Shown one piece after another: positions 28,528 through 37,827 of a stretch of 64,000 nt of DNA. The stretch's first letter is position 1. Every line of letters begins with the position of its first letter. Under the pieces are notes generated by a model, which was given only the letters and a program-made list of their open reading frames with translations, had not been told where the DNA came from and ran no database searches. This DNA is from Spirochaetota bacterium (GTDB lineage Bacteria; Spirochaetota; UBA4802; JAFGDQ01): positions 32,001-96,000 of the forward strand of contig JAZDKB010000006.1 of NCBI GenBank assembly GCA_043803405.1, read 5' to 3'. Both the position numbers and the translations under genes were made by a program.

Positions 28528-30659
28528 GCACGTTTTTTTTGAATTGATTTTTCTACGCTTGGGAAGCTGCGGATATTCGTATGCGGAAGGAAGAGTGCCT
28601 GCATATACTCATCGTAGAAAAGGTTAGATGATGAGAAATCCAGATAGGTCATTTTTTTTGAAAGGGCGAGCAGTTCCCTGCGGGCGTCTTCTGAAACCAG
28701 CGCGAGATAAGTCCCTGCAACCGAGCTGTTGCCGAGATACTCAAATTTTTTTACTTCCACGTCCGGGAGCATCCCGAGCATAATTGCCATTTCGAAATCG
28801 ATTTGCCTGCCGAAGCCCCCGGCAAGCTGGATACGCTCTATCTTATCGGGAGTAATCCCCGCGCTTTTAAGCAAAGTCATAATGCCTGCATACACAGCGG
28901 CTTTACTTTGAATAAGAGTCGCTATATCTGTTTCAGTTATTATTATGTCCTCTTCAAGCTGCGAATCCTTTTGCCACGCGACAACGAACTCAGGGCCGAA
29001 TTTTCCCTGTCTTACACGGTCTTCGGGGGATTTATCGTGGAATTTGCCTGCTGAATCCAGAATATTGTTTAGAAAAAGGGAAGCTATAAGGCTTATCATG
29101 CCGCTTCCGCAAATACCTGCAGGCAATTCGCCGTCAATAGTACCGAGAGTCACCGCATGCGTTTCCCTGTCTATTTTAACGCTATCAATAGCTCCCGGCA
29201 AAGCGCGCATCCCGTGTCTTATCCCTCCGCCTTCGAACGCGGGGCCTGCAGAGCATGAAGCTGTCATTATCCATTCCCTGTTGCCGAGTACCATCTCCCC
29301 GTTTGTGCCGACATCAATAAACAGGGAAACGCTTTCTCTTTTATTAAGGCCGGATATTAAAATGCCTGCGGTTATGTCGCCGCCAACATAAGCCGCGTTG
29401 CCGGGTACAACATAGACGCCTGCCATGGGAAAGATATTGAGCCCGATATTTTTTGCATGAAATACAGGGAAGTCCACAGCGACAGGCACATAAGGCTCTG
29501 TGCGTATGCCAGACGGATCGAGTTTAAGAACCGACTGTATCATAACGGTATTGCCGGCAACCGCGAACGATAAGATCTCTTCGCGTTTTACGTTTGTCAC
29601 TGCAACAAGTTCGTCCACAAGCGAATTTATTGTGCTTATAGCGTAATCGTGGAACTGCTCCAGCCCGTCCTTGCCCTGCGCACAGATTATGCGCGATATT
29701 ACATCCTCCCCGCAGACCACCTGCCTGTTCTGGGTCGAAGTCAGACCGGTTACATGTGCAGTGGACAGGTCAACGAGGTACGCAACTACGGATGTTGTCC
29801 CCATGTCTACGGCGATGCCGTATAATTTGTATGATGGAGCATACGCGTCTGCCTTAATTATCTCGTCAGTAAACCCGTGATGCAAAAGAACTATATTTAT
29901 TTTCCAGTTGTTGTTTCTGAGCAATAACGATAGTTCGCGCAGTACTGGTAAGCTTATAAATGTATATGCTTTTCCGAAGCCGGCTTTTGCAAGAGCATGG
30001 CGTACGCGTTCAAGGTCGCTTGAAGCGTCATCGAGAGAGGGCGGAGTCAGCTCCAAAGGCACGATAGAGACGAAGGGGCTTATTGAACGTCCTGCCAGGA
30101 GCTTCTCTCTTACTTCCGATCCTTCTTCGAGAATTTTTAGAGCGCGGGCTTTGTTTTCTTCAGGAACAAGTACTGTTGTGCTGCCTGTTATCTTGGCTTT
30201 GCAGGCAAGAACATATCCTTTATTTTTATCATCTTCGTCGAATAACGGCGTGTCTTCGCATTCGACTTTTCCTTCTTTTATCTTTACTTTACAGCTTCCG
30301 CAAACACCTTTTCCGCTGCAGCGCGCGTTTATGTATATGCTGCCTTTAAGCGCAGCTTCCAGCACAGTTGCGCCTTTCGGGATTTCAACTGTTTTATCCG
30401 ACGGCAGAAAGGTTATTTTTACAGGCTGAGCAGCAGTATCCGCTCTATCAGTTCTTATTTCATTTTTTACAGAATGCGCGGCATCCTGCATTGCGGGCGT
30501 ACCTCGCTTCGCGATCTCCCATAAAAAGCACATCTGCCTGAATTTGCAGTAAATGTTTGGGTCCTGGCACGCTATGCACTCATCGCATAAATATCTTTCG
30601 TATTTTGAGCAGAAATATTTTCCCGGCTTATCCGTATGTCTAAAGCATACTGCTTCCAT
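28524..30659 (-). CDS. ASKHA-family reductive activator of corrinoid proteins (RACo-like), with a 2Fe-2S domain and an extra N-terminal Cys/His-rich domain
   Basis: CSGKGVCGSC…LAC (2Fe-2S), DMGTT, GEDVISRI, DVGTNGE, AGPAFEG, GICGSG and LAGGFG. The ATG at 30659 is preferred; the ORF is open to 30704. Confidence 0.88.
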   Translation of the reverse strand: MEAVCFRHTDKPGKYFCSKYERYLCDECIACQDPNIYCKFRQMCFLWEIAKRGTPAMQDAAHSVKNEIRTDRADTAAQPVKITFLPSDKTVEIPKGATVLEAALKGSIYINARCSGKGVCGSCKVKIKEGKVECEDTPLFDEDDKNKGYVLACKAKITGSTTVLVPEENKARALKILEEGSEVREKLLAGRSISPFVSIVPLELTPPSLDDASSDLERVRHALAKAGFGKAYTFISLPVLRELSLLLRNNNWKINIVLLHHGFTDEIIKADAYAPSYKLYGIAVDMGTTSVVAYLVDLSTAHVTGLTSTQNRQVVCGEDVISRIICAQGKDGLEQFHDYAISTINSLVDELVAVTNVKREEILSFAVAGNTVMIQSVLKLDPSGIRTEPYVPVAVDFPVFHAKNIGLNIFPMAGVYVVPGNAAYVGGDITAGILISGLNKRESVSLFIDVGTNGEMVLGNREWIMTASCSAGPAFEGGGIRHGMRALPGAIDSVKIDRETHAVTLGTIDGELPAGICGSGMISLIASLFLNNILDSAGKFHDKSPEDRVRQGKFGPEFVVAWQKDSQLEEDIIITETDIATLIQSKAAVYAGIMTLLKSAGITPDKIERIQLAGGFGRQIDFEMAIMLGMLPDVEVKKFEYLGNSSVAGTYLALVSEDARRELLALSKKMTYLDFSSSNLFYDEYMQALFLPHTNIRSFPSVEKSIQKKRA

Positions 30660-30860
30660 CTGCCTGCACCTTCCTGTCTTTGTTCGGCACTGTTTAAGCT
30701 GCAAAGATAACTCAGGAAAACAAGTTTATGCAACTAATTTAATTTTATCAATAATAATAAATTTGTTTTCCGGCAGGAATTTTTTTTATTGTGTATTATC
30801 CGGCAAAATAATAAAATGGTTTTAAATAAATATAATTTCTGAACCAGAGAGAGTAAAGCC

Positions 30861-32327
30861 GTGCAAAGTAACCTGACCTATCGAATTGTTGAATTAATAC
30901 CGGGCATGAAATACCTGCTAAAGAGAGGCGGGATAAAGTTAAAATGGACGCTTCTGATCTCCTTTATCACTGTGCTCATAACCTCGCTTTTCGGGCTTAT
31001 ATTTAATTTTATGTCCGCAGCTTCGCTGGAAAATTCTTCACGGCAGCTGTGCCTTACTATTGCGGGCAACATATCATCTTCGGAATCCATCATTACCGCG
31101 GAAAAAAAGACCTTCAAACGATCAGTCATCCTTCAGGATATTGTTAGCGGGCTTTCAAAAAGCGGCATAAACGGCTTTGAATATGCCATTGTTTACGATA
31201 CAAGCGGCAAACTGGTTGAAAAGAAGGAAGCGTATGCCGCTCACACGGATGCAACAAAAAGAGCGACTCTTATCCCACGTAAAATATTCGGCGAAATATT
31301 AAAAGTTAACGAATTCCGTGAAGAAAGGATAGTCCATGTGCGGCCGGACAACACAAAAGTTCCGTGTTACCGGTACCGGGTTCCGTTTAATTTTTTTGAC
31401 GTGCGGGTCGGTGTGATCGAGGTGGCCTTTTCCGAGGAGTCCATACTTGGGCCGTTAAAAACGATGAGACTGTATATAATTATGGCCGGCGCGTTTATGC
31501 TTTTATGCGGCATTTTTATTTCGATCCTGGCAGCGCGGAAAATGGTTCGTCCCATTAAATCCCTCTCATCCGCTATTTACGATGTTCGATCCGGCAACCT
31601 TGATGTAAAGATAGATGTAAACCGCCATGATGAGATCGGGGATCTGGAAGTCGAATTCAATAACTTTATTGTTCATTTGCGTGAAAAACTTCAAATGCAG
31701 AAATTCGTTTCGGAGTCGACCATTTCCATGATAAAGAAGCACTCAAAAACCGGTGAGATAGCTCTGGGCGGCACGCGCGAGAATAAGGTTTTTCTTTTCT
31801 CGGATATACGCGGATTCACCGCCATGTCGGAGAAACTGGAACCCGAAGAGGTTGTTAAAATACTGAACAAATATCTCGACCTGCAGGCGCAGATAATCAA
31901 AGATAATCATGGGGATATCGACAAATTTGTCGGTGATGAAGTCATGGCTGTATTCGACGGACCCAGGAAAACAGACAACGCTATTAATGCTGCGATTGAG
32001 ATAGTTGAAGCAATCAGAAAATTCAACAATGAAAGAATGCAGGAAAAGCTGCATACAATAGAAGTCGGGATCGGAATAAACGGCGGCGAAGTAGTTTATG
32101 GAAGAATGGGGTCACAGGACAGGATGGATAACACGTGCATCGGCGACGCTGTCAATCTCTCAGCAAGGCTTTGCTCACACGCCGACGGGGGCAGTATACT
32201 CATCACTAAAAAAACGGCCGCTACTGCGGACAAAGGAAAATTTCTGGGGAAAAGACTCGATCCGATCAGGGTGAAAGGGAAAGTAAAACCTGTTGAGATA
32301 TACCAGATAACCGGAAAGAAAGGCTAA
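30861..32327 (+). CDS. Class III adenylate cyclase with 2 TM and HAMP
   Basis: FSDIRGFT, DKFVGD (Lys suggests ATP specificity), GDAVNLSARL and VKGK. Confidence 0.9.
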   Translation: MQSNLTYRIVELIPGMKYLLKRGGIKLKWTLLISFITVLITSLFGLIFNFMSAASLENSSRQLCLTIAGNISSSESIITAEKKTFKRSVILQDIVSGLSKSGINGFEYAIVYDTSGKLVEKKEAYAAHTDATKRATLIPRKIFGEILKVNEFREERIVHVRPDNTKVPCYRYRVPFNFFDVRVGVIEVAFSEESILGPLKTMRLYIIMAGAFMLLCGIFISILAARKMVRPIKSLSSAIYDVRSGNLDVKIDVNRHDEIGDLEVEFNNFIVHLREKLQMQKFVSESTISMIKKHSKTGEIALGGTRENKVFLFSDIRGFTAMSEKLEPEEVVKILNKYLDLQAQIIKDNHGDIDKFVGDEVMAVFDGPRKTDNAINAAIEIVEAIRKFNNERMQEKLHTIEVGIGINGGEVVYGRMGSQDRMDNTCIGDAVNLSARLCSHADGGSILITKKTAATADKGKFLGKRLDPIRVKGKVKPVEIYQITGKKG

Positions 32328-32403
32328 CTGTGCATCCCAAAACCTATATATCGCTGTATTTTTTATCGAGACAATATCACAATAGGTTTTAGGACACACT
32401 CTA
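32324..32403. repeat. ~78-bp inverted-repeat element (MITE-like family, copy 2)
   Basis: gtgcatcccaaaaccta…taggttttaggacacac between convergent genes. The right half is nearly identical to 18721-18750. Confidence 0.7.
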
Positions 32404-32937
32404 ACTGTGCGTCATATAATACTTTAATATATTTATAATCGAGGGAAAACAAATAACTTCAAAATTAATATCTTTTGGATGGATCAGCAATGCTTCCGCA
32501 ACATCATCCGCCGGTTTAAGACCTGATAAATCATTCATGGGACAGACAAAGGCCATATCGCAGGTAAAATAACTGATCCCTTTAAATACATATTCATTTG
32601 GGAAGGAAGCTAAAAACTTCATACTGCCTACGGACACACCCAGTTCTTCAAAAATCTCACGCTTAGCAGCATCTTCAGCGCGCTCCATGCAGTCCACAAA
32701 TCCGCCGGGCAAATCAAAGAAACCGGACCTGGGTTCAAACTTACGTTTGGTTAGCACAATTTTGCCATCCATGGCTTTGAGAATTACTGCAACAGCAGTA
32801 GCTGTATTTATGTAGAAATCAAAATTACAAGACGGGCAGGTAAACTTTTTTTTATTGTCGAATTTAAAACCGTGCCGGCCGCAGCGGGGACAATAAGAAA
32901 AAACATTTAAAGGATGTGTTTTGGAAAATTTTTGCAT
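32401..32937 (-). CDS. NUDIX hydrolase with an N-terminal zinc ribbon
   Basis: CPRC…CPSC and the Nudix box PGGFVD..E.AEDAAKREIFEELG. Confidence 0.9.
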   Translation of the reverse strand: MQKFSKTHPLNVFSYCPRCGRHGFKFDNKKKFTCPSCNFDFYINTATAVAVILKAMDGKIVLTKRKFEPRSGFFDLPGGFVDCMERAEDAAKREIFEELGVSVGSMKFLASFPNEYVFKGISYFTCDMAFVCPMNDLSGLKPADDVAEALLIHPKDINFEVICFPSIINILKYYMTHS

Positions 32938-32984
32938 GTTTTAGACAGTTTTTCGGGCATGGATTATAAAATGTATTTCCGACG

Positions 32985-33374
32985 CTATTTCGATTCAATA
33001 ATCGCGTTCATTTCTTTTCTTATGAACGCCGCGATTTCGCTTAGCGACTGCTTGTAGGGCTTTCTGTTGTTCTTGATGTTTTCGAAAAGCAATGCGCCCC
33101 TCAGCAGATTATCCAGGTCTTTTTCAGATACGCCTTTTGAATGAAGCTCCGCATGTTCGGTCGTATCCAGCACCAGGTTAAATTTCCTGGCGATTTCCTC
33201 CAGCAGTATTATCTCAATTGATATGTCGAGCAGGTCGCCTATTGAGTTCCCGATCCTCATCGCATTATACGCAAAGTTATCCGTAAGGAAAGAGTTGACG
33301 TTTATCTTTTTTACGATCAGCGCCGGCACTTCATGCTTTTTTAAATAGCTGTCCAGTATTTCTTTTCTTATCAT
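32985..33374 (-). CDS. Hypothetical protein
   Basis: 129-aa ORF starting 2 bp after the TPR gene stop, with a GGAG RBS. Confidence 0.7.
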   Translation of the reverse strand: MIRKEILDSYLKKHEVPALIVKKINVNSFLTDNFAYNAMRIGNSIGDLLDISIEIILLEEIARKFNLVLDTTEHAELHSKGVSEKDLDNLLRGALLFENIKNNRKPYKQSLSEIAAFIRKEMNAIIESK

Positions 33375-33376
33375 AC

Positions 33377-34417
33377 CTATTCTCCTTTTAATGATTTTTG
33401 AATGTCGAGTTTAGCCTGCGCTCTCTGGCGGTATTCTTCGGCCATCGCGTGATCGGGATCTATTAATAGAACTTTATTGAATTCAGTTATAGCAGCCTTG
33501 TAATCGCCCTTGTCGTAAAGCGAGACACCTTTATTATAAATAGTACTTAATTGTTTACTGAGGATTACATTAATTTTTTCAAGATATTGTTCCGTTGCCC
33601 TGTACCCGGGTTCCATGTTATGAATGGACAAGAATGATGATCTTGCTTTGAAATAATCAGCATCGTTGAATTCCCCGACAGTAGTATTGTAAAAATTATC
33701 AAGATATATCCATCTTCTGGCATGGGTTAAAAGATCCCTGGACTCCCTGTCCCATGGGTTGTTATTAAGCGCAAGCTCGAACTGCTGCTGTGCATTGGCG
33801 TACTGTTTTTTAGCGTAATGTTCTTTTCCTTTCGCGCGGTATTTACGGCATTTCTCATCGAGCTTATCTTCAATTTTACTTTTTAACTGCGCGGCATCGG
33901 GACTTGACGGGTCAAAGAGAGCTGCTTTCAGATAAGCGTTATAAGCCTGAATATACTGCCTGCGGCCGTATAAACGCTCGCCCTGTTTAAGAGTTTCGTT
34001 CAGCCTGGGCACAAGCTTCTGCCTGCATTCCGTTATTTTTAAATCAACTGTCCCGTGATCCGGGTTGTCGGCCTTAACAAGCAGAAAATAGTTCAGGGCG
34101 TTTTCGTACTGACGCTGCTTCACGAACGCAAGGCCTTTGGCATAGTTGGCATTTGCTCTCTGGATCGCCTGCTTTTCCTTGCTCCTGATTATATTGTCCA
34201 GCATGGCCCAGTATTTTTTTGTGTCCCTGTAACCGGGCTCAATATCCATTACTGTTTTAAAACGGTCGCGGGCTCCCTCGTAATTTTTTTTATTGTAAAG
34301 CTCAATCCCTTCCTTATAGTTCTGGTTCCTCTTGTCTATTACGGATTTATAAAATGAAGAGCAACTCACAGAAAACAAAAACATAATTATAATAATTCCG
34401 TATTTACCTGTTCTCAT
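33377..34417 (-). CDS. TPR-repeat lipoprotein
   Basis: Signal peptide ending SVSC and repeated Y..G…Y..A…F…L..DP units. Confidence 0.85.
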   Translation of the reverse strand: MRTGKYGIIIIMFLFSVSCSSFYKSVIDKRNQNYKEGIELYNKKNYEGARDRFKTVMDIEPGYRDTKKYWAMLDNIIRSKEKQAIQRANANYAKGLAFVKQRQYENALNYFLLVKADNPDHGTVDLKITECRQKLVPRLNETLKQGERLYGRRQYIQAYNAYLKAALFDPSSPDAAQLKSKIEDKLDEKCRKYRAKGKEHYAKKQYANAQQQFELALNNNPWDRESRDLLTHARRWIYLDNFYNTTVGEFNDADYFKARSSFLSIHNMEPGYRATEQYLEKINVILSKQLSTIYNKGVSLYDKGDYKAAITEFNKVLLIDPDHAMAEEYRQRAQAKLDIQKSLKGE

Positions 34418-34611
34418 ATATCCTTTATATTTTTTAATGATTTTGATTTTAGAATAATATTTTTAATCTGAAAGGCCACATATCACATTATCATAAAGTC
34501 AAAACAAATTCAAAGAAAAAGTCATATAAAAAGCCGCATAAGGCCGGTAATGCGTCAATAACTTTTTTTGATAAATAATAAGGGGCAGCAGATTAAATAA
34601 TCTATTTTCTT

Positions 34612-34639
34612 GAGATTTATCCCTTCGGTCGAAATGACA
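34612..34639 (+). repeat. Short REP-like half element (copy 2)
   Basis: gagatttatcccttcggtcgaaatgaca, similar to 24251-24279. Confidence 0.55.
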
Positions 34640-34679
34640 TTATTTATTATTAATAAATTACTAGCCGCATATTATACAA

Positions 34680-34812
34680 ATCCTGATGCCGGCGCAACGG
34701 AGTGTGCATACGTTGCCGCAGAGCCGAGTATGATTCCCGCAGGTCGTGTATGGAGATATCGATACTGCGCCGCGGGGGCAGCACAAGAGAAGACGCGCTT
34801 CCGCAGCAGGAT
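34680..34812. other. GC-rich foldable non-coding element A
   Basis: Closed by atcctg/caggat, with an inner gcaacg/cgttgc hairpin and a cccgc/gcggg pair. Shares the words gaaga(c/t)gcgc, cgcagca and gcagcac with elements B and C. Confidence 0.5.
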
Positions 34813-34889
34813 GGAACAGATATTTTTTACTTGAAAGATAATGAATAACATTATTTTTGATAACCAAAAAGAAAGGTAATGGAAATAGT

Positions 34890-35276
34890 ATGGATACAGA
34901 AAATAAAAAGAAATACCCGGTATGGAACCGTATAATGGATATTGTTTTCCGGACAATTCATGTCGGAGTGATAAGCATTCTATTCGGAGGAATGGTATTC
35001 GGAGTGCCTCACCAACGATTAGTAATATGGGGATATCTTGTTATTATTACAGGATTCTTTCTTGTTGCTTCAGAAATATATCATCGGCTTCACTGGATAA
35101 ATCAAATTAGAGGAATTATGGTAATCTTACATGCCGGTCTTTTTGGGGTATTGCATTTTTATCCGGATTTGGCAATACCGTTTTTAACCGGGGCAATTAT
35201 TTTCGGTATGGCGGGCAGCCACATGCCTAAAAGATTTCGCTGTTATTCTCTTTTACATAAACGCATGTTAGATTAA
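34890..35276 (+). CDS. Small 4-TM hypothetical membrane protein
   Basis: Four hydrophobic helices with His residues (RTIH, ILH, GSHMPKRFR). The ATG at 34890 is preferred. Confidence 0.7.
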   Translation: MDTENKKKYPVWNRIMDIVFRTIHVGVISILFGGMVFGVPHQRLVIWGYLVIITGFFLVASEIYHRLHWINQIRGIMVILHAGLFGVLHFYPDLAIPFLTGAIIFGMAGSHMPKRFRCYSLLHKRMLD

Positions 35277-35336
35277 TATAAATGGAATTATGAAACCTGA
35301 ATATTTAAAATATTAAATTTATTGTAAACTGCTTAA

Positions 35337-36131
35337 ATGAATATAAATGAAAAAAATCCGGTTATAACGACCGGTGCCGGTGCATTAATCGGAACATTAG
35401 GAGGGCTTATTGGACTTGGCGGCGCCGAGTTTCGTTTGCCGCTTCTCATAGGCTTGTTTGGATACTCTGCTCTGCCGGCAGTCATATTAAATAAAGCGAT
35501 GAGCCTCGCAGTTGTAGCATCCGCTCTTCCGTTTCGGGCATCCGTTATTCCGTTTAGGGATATTGCTTCACATTGGAATATTATTGTTACGCTTTTAGCA
35601 GGAAGTCTTTTAGGAGCATGGTTTGGCGCGGATTTAGCTACTAAAATGAAGTCTCACACTCTTTACAGGGTTTTATCTATACTGCTGGTTGTGATAGCTG
35701 TGGTGCTTTTTTTCGGGCATAATCCTGCTGCTTCGTCTGACTATAGTCTTACCGGTTTATGGCGCATAGTTGCAGGAGTAATTGCCGGTTTTGGTATTGG
35801 AGTAGTCGCAGCGCTCATGGGAGTTGCAGGCGGCGAACTATTAATTCCAACTATAGTCCTTCTTTTTGGTGCCGATATAAAATTGGCCGGAAGTTTATCA
35901 CTTGCAGTGAGCCTTCCTACTATGATTGTGAGCTTTACCCGGTATAGCAGGGATCAGGCTTTTTCTGTTATTAAAAGCGAACGACGTTTTGTTGTTTTAA
36001 TGGTTATAGGCTCTCTTTGTGGATCTTTTATAGGAGGCTTATTGCTTAATATTATTCCAACAAGTATGTTGCTTCCTTTGCTTTCGGTGATCCTTCTTAT
36101 TTCTGCAGTAAAAATCTGGAACCATGCATAA
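35337..36131 (+). CDS. Sulfite exporter TauE/SafE (TSUP) family protein
   Basis: Duplicated Gly-rich motifs GGLIGLGGAEFRLP and ALMGVAGGELLIP, about 8 TM. Confidence 0.88.
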   Translation: MNINEKNPVITTGAGALIGTLGGLIGLGGAEFRLPLLIGLFGYSALPAVILNKAMSLAVVASALPFRASVIPFRDIASHWNIIVTLLAGSLLGAWFGADLATKMKSHTLYRVLSILLVVIAVVLFFGHNPAASSDYSLTGLWRIVAGVIAGFGIGVVAALMGVAGGELLIPTIVLLFGADIKLAGSLSLAVSLPTMIVSFTRYSRDQAFSVIKSERRFVVLMVIGSLCGSFIGGLLLNIIPTSMLLPLLSVILLISAVKIWNHA

Positions 36132-36204
36132 CTATCAAAAAATTTGATATCAGTTCAGGCAGGCTATTGCCCGTGTGTTTAATCAGAAGCAAGTAATCAA
36201 GCCT

Positions 36205-36371
36205 TCGATGCAGCAATTCAGCATTCGCTTTCCGGCTGTCGCAGCGCACAGGCTAACGCATGATCGAAACAGAGAATGATAAGTAAGTTTCGAAACGCGT
36301 TCGGGAAGATGCGCGCTTTGCGTAATCCGCGTTCGCAGCAAAGGGCGTGGGAGCAGCACGGGCGCGCGGGG
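36205..36371. repeat. Structured direct repeat, element B
   Basis: 36218-36371 matches 37309-37462 at 147/154 positions by manual alignment and contains multiple stems. Confidence 0.92.
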
Positions 36372-36473
36372 TATTTATTTAATATTTTTTCATTACCGTA
36401 TAAAAGAATTGCAATAATCCGGAATAAATATATATTACTGTAAAATATGTATTTGTAATCCGGAGTTAAGCAA

Positions 36474-36782
36474 ATGACGATTGAAAATGAAATCGGCCTG
36501 ATAATAAAGCAACTCAAAGAAAATGTCGAAAGAAAATATCACATTGTTGACATGAAATTATTCGGTTCATCTGCGCGGGGTGATTCTTCAAAATCTTCAG
36601 ATATCGACATTTTAATTAAACTACCAATTGTAAACCGCAGTATTGAAGAGGATATTTTTGATATAGCATACGAACTGGAATTGGAACATGATTGTATTAT
36701 TGATGTAATCGTAGTGCCGGAAACTGTTAATATTAATATTCCTTTATATCATAATGTTGAAAAAGAAGGAATCGCGATTTGA
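36474..36782 (+). CDS. Minimal nucleotidyltransferase (MNT antitoxin)
   Basis: LFGSSARGD…SDIDI and a third Asp in IDVIV. Confidence 0.9.
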   Translation: MTIENEIGLIIKQLKENVERKYHIVDMKLFGSSARGDSSKSSDIDILIKLPIVNRSIEEDIFDIAYELELEHDCIIDVIVVPETVNINIPLYHNVEKEGIAI

Positions 36783-37186
36783 CTAATGAAGAAAAAATCA
36801 TACTTATTAAGTATCGGTTGGAACGCGCGGATGAATCGCTAAAAGCTGCTTCTTTAATGTTTGAAAATAATTTGTATATCCCCGCAATTAACCGGATTTA
36901 TTATTCAATGTTTTATGCTATCCAGGCATTGCTTGTAATAAGTGAAAGTACTTTTACAAAACATGGCCAGGTCAAAGGTTACTTTAACCGTGCGTTTATA
37001 AAAACCGGAATTTTCCCGAAAGAATTCGGCAGGCTTTTCAATACCGTATTTGAATACCGGCAAAAATTTGACTATGTAGATTTGGTTTTACCAGGGAGAG
37101 AACTTGTATCAGATTATATAATCGAAGCAAAACGATTTAATGAAAGAATTTCACTATATTTGAACAACAAATTAACAAACCTTTAA
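36779..37186 (+). CDS. HEPN domain protein (partner of MNT)
   Basis: NRIYYSMFYA, KHGQV and FEYRQKFDY. Overlaps the MNT gene by 4 bp. Confidence 0.88.
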   Translation: MTNEEKIILIKYRLERADESLKAASLMFENNLYIPAINRIYYSMFYAIQALLVISESTFTKHGQVKGYFNRAFIKTGIFPKEFGRLFNTVFEYRQKFDYVDLVLPGRELVSDYIIEAKRFNERISLYLNNKLTNL

Positions 37187-37294
37187 GTGATTAAAATAAA
37201 TTTCCTGCCATTTTATAAATTCTAAAAATATTGAATAGCAACTGTTGCTTCTCCGGTTACCTGTTTTTTGCTTGTAATGCTCGCTGCCAGGTCA

Positions 37295-37462
37295 TCGATG
37301 CAACAGGATCAGCATTCGCTTTCCGGCTGTCGCAGCGCACAGGCTAACGCACGATCGAAACAGAGAATGATAAGTAAGTTTCGAAACGCGTTCGGGAAGA
37401 TGCGTTCTTTGCGTAATCCGCGTTCGCAGCAAAAGACTTGGAAGCAGCACGGGCGCGCGGGG
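37295..37462. repeat. Structured direct repeat, element C
   Basis: Second copy of 36205-36371. Confidence 0.92.
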
Positions 37463-37514
37463 AGTACAGGCTATCTTAACTGGTAAATATTTTTGTTTCA
37501 ACACATTAAACATA

Positions 37515-37576
37515 ATACCTTTGCTTTCGCGTCGGCCGACACCGCAGGTGGCGGCTGGTACGTCAGTACGGGGATT
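37515..37576. other. GC-rich hairpin element D
   Basis: tcggccgacacc-gca-ggtggcggctgg. Has a c-GCA-g loop and ends in cgggg, like elements B and C. Confidence 0.45.
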
Positions 37577-37827
37577 CTATTACACCTTCAATTATTTCAT
37601 TAAGTTTTTTTTACTTTAATGACCCCAGCTTTATAAAGAATTATTTTTAAATCAGCCGTAAAATTTTTTTATTAATTTCTTTGTTACGATCCCCATCCAT
37701 TTTACGCTTATATGCAAATTCTGAAAAACATTATTTGTGGTGATTTGTCCGGAATCAGAGCTCATTTCCAAAGATAATTCTATCAGAAAGAAATTATTAT
37801 CAATTTTAAATTATTTAGGAGGATAAT

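Noticed and set aside
34610..34956. Three overlapping short ORFs over element A
   Set aside because: They are mutually overlapping, lack protein-like features and are explained by local high GC.
36126..37462. Elements B and C as canonical integron attC sites
   Set aside because: gcataac overlaps the TSUP stop and ggctaac lies inside the repeat, but there is no matching GTTRRRY at the far end. The folds are multibranched rather than a single attC hairpin, and no integrase is in the window.
36218..37513. ORFs 36218-36517(-), 37268-37486(+) and 37292-37513(-)
   Set aside because: They are open frames running through the GC-rich repeats, with no RBS and with starts and extents that differ between the two copies.
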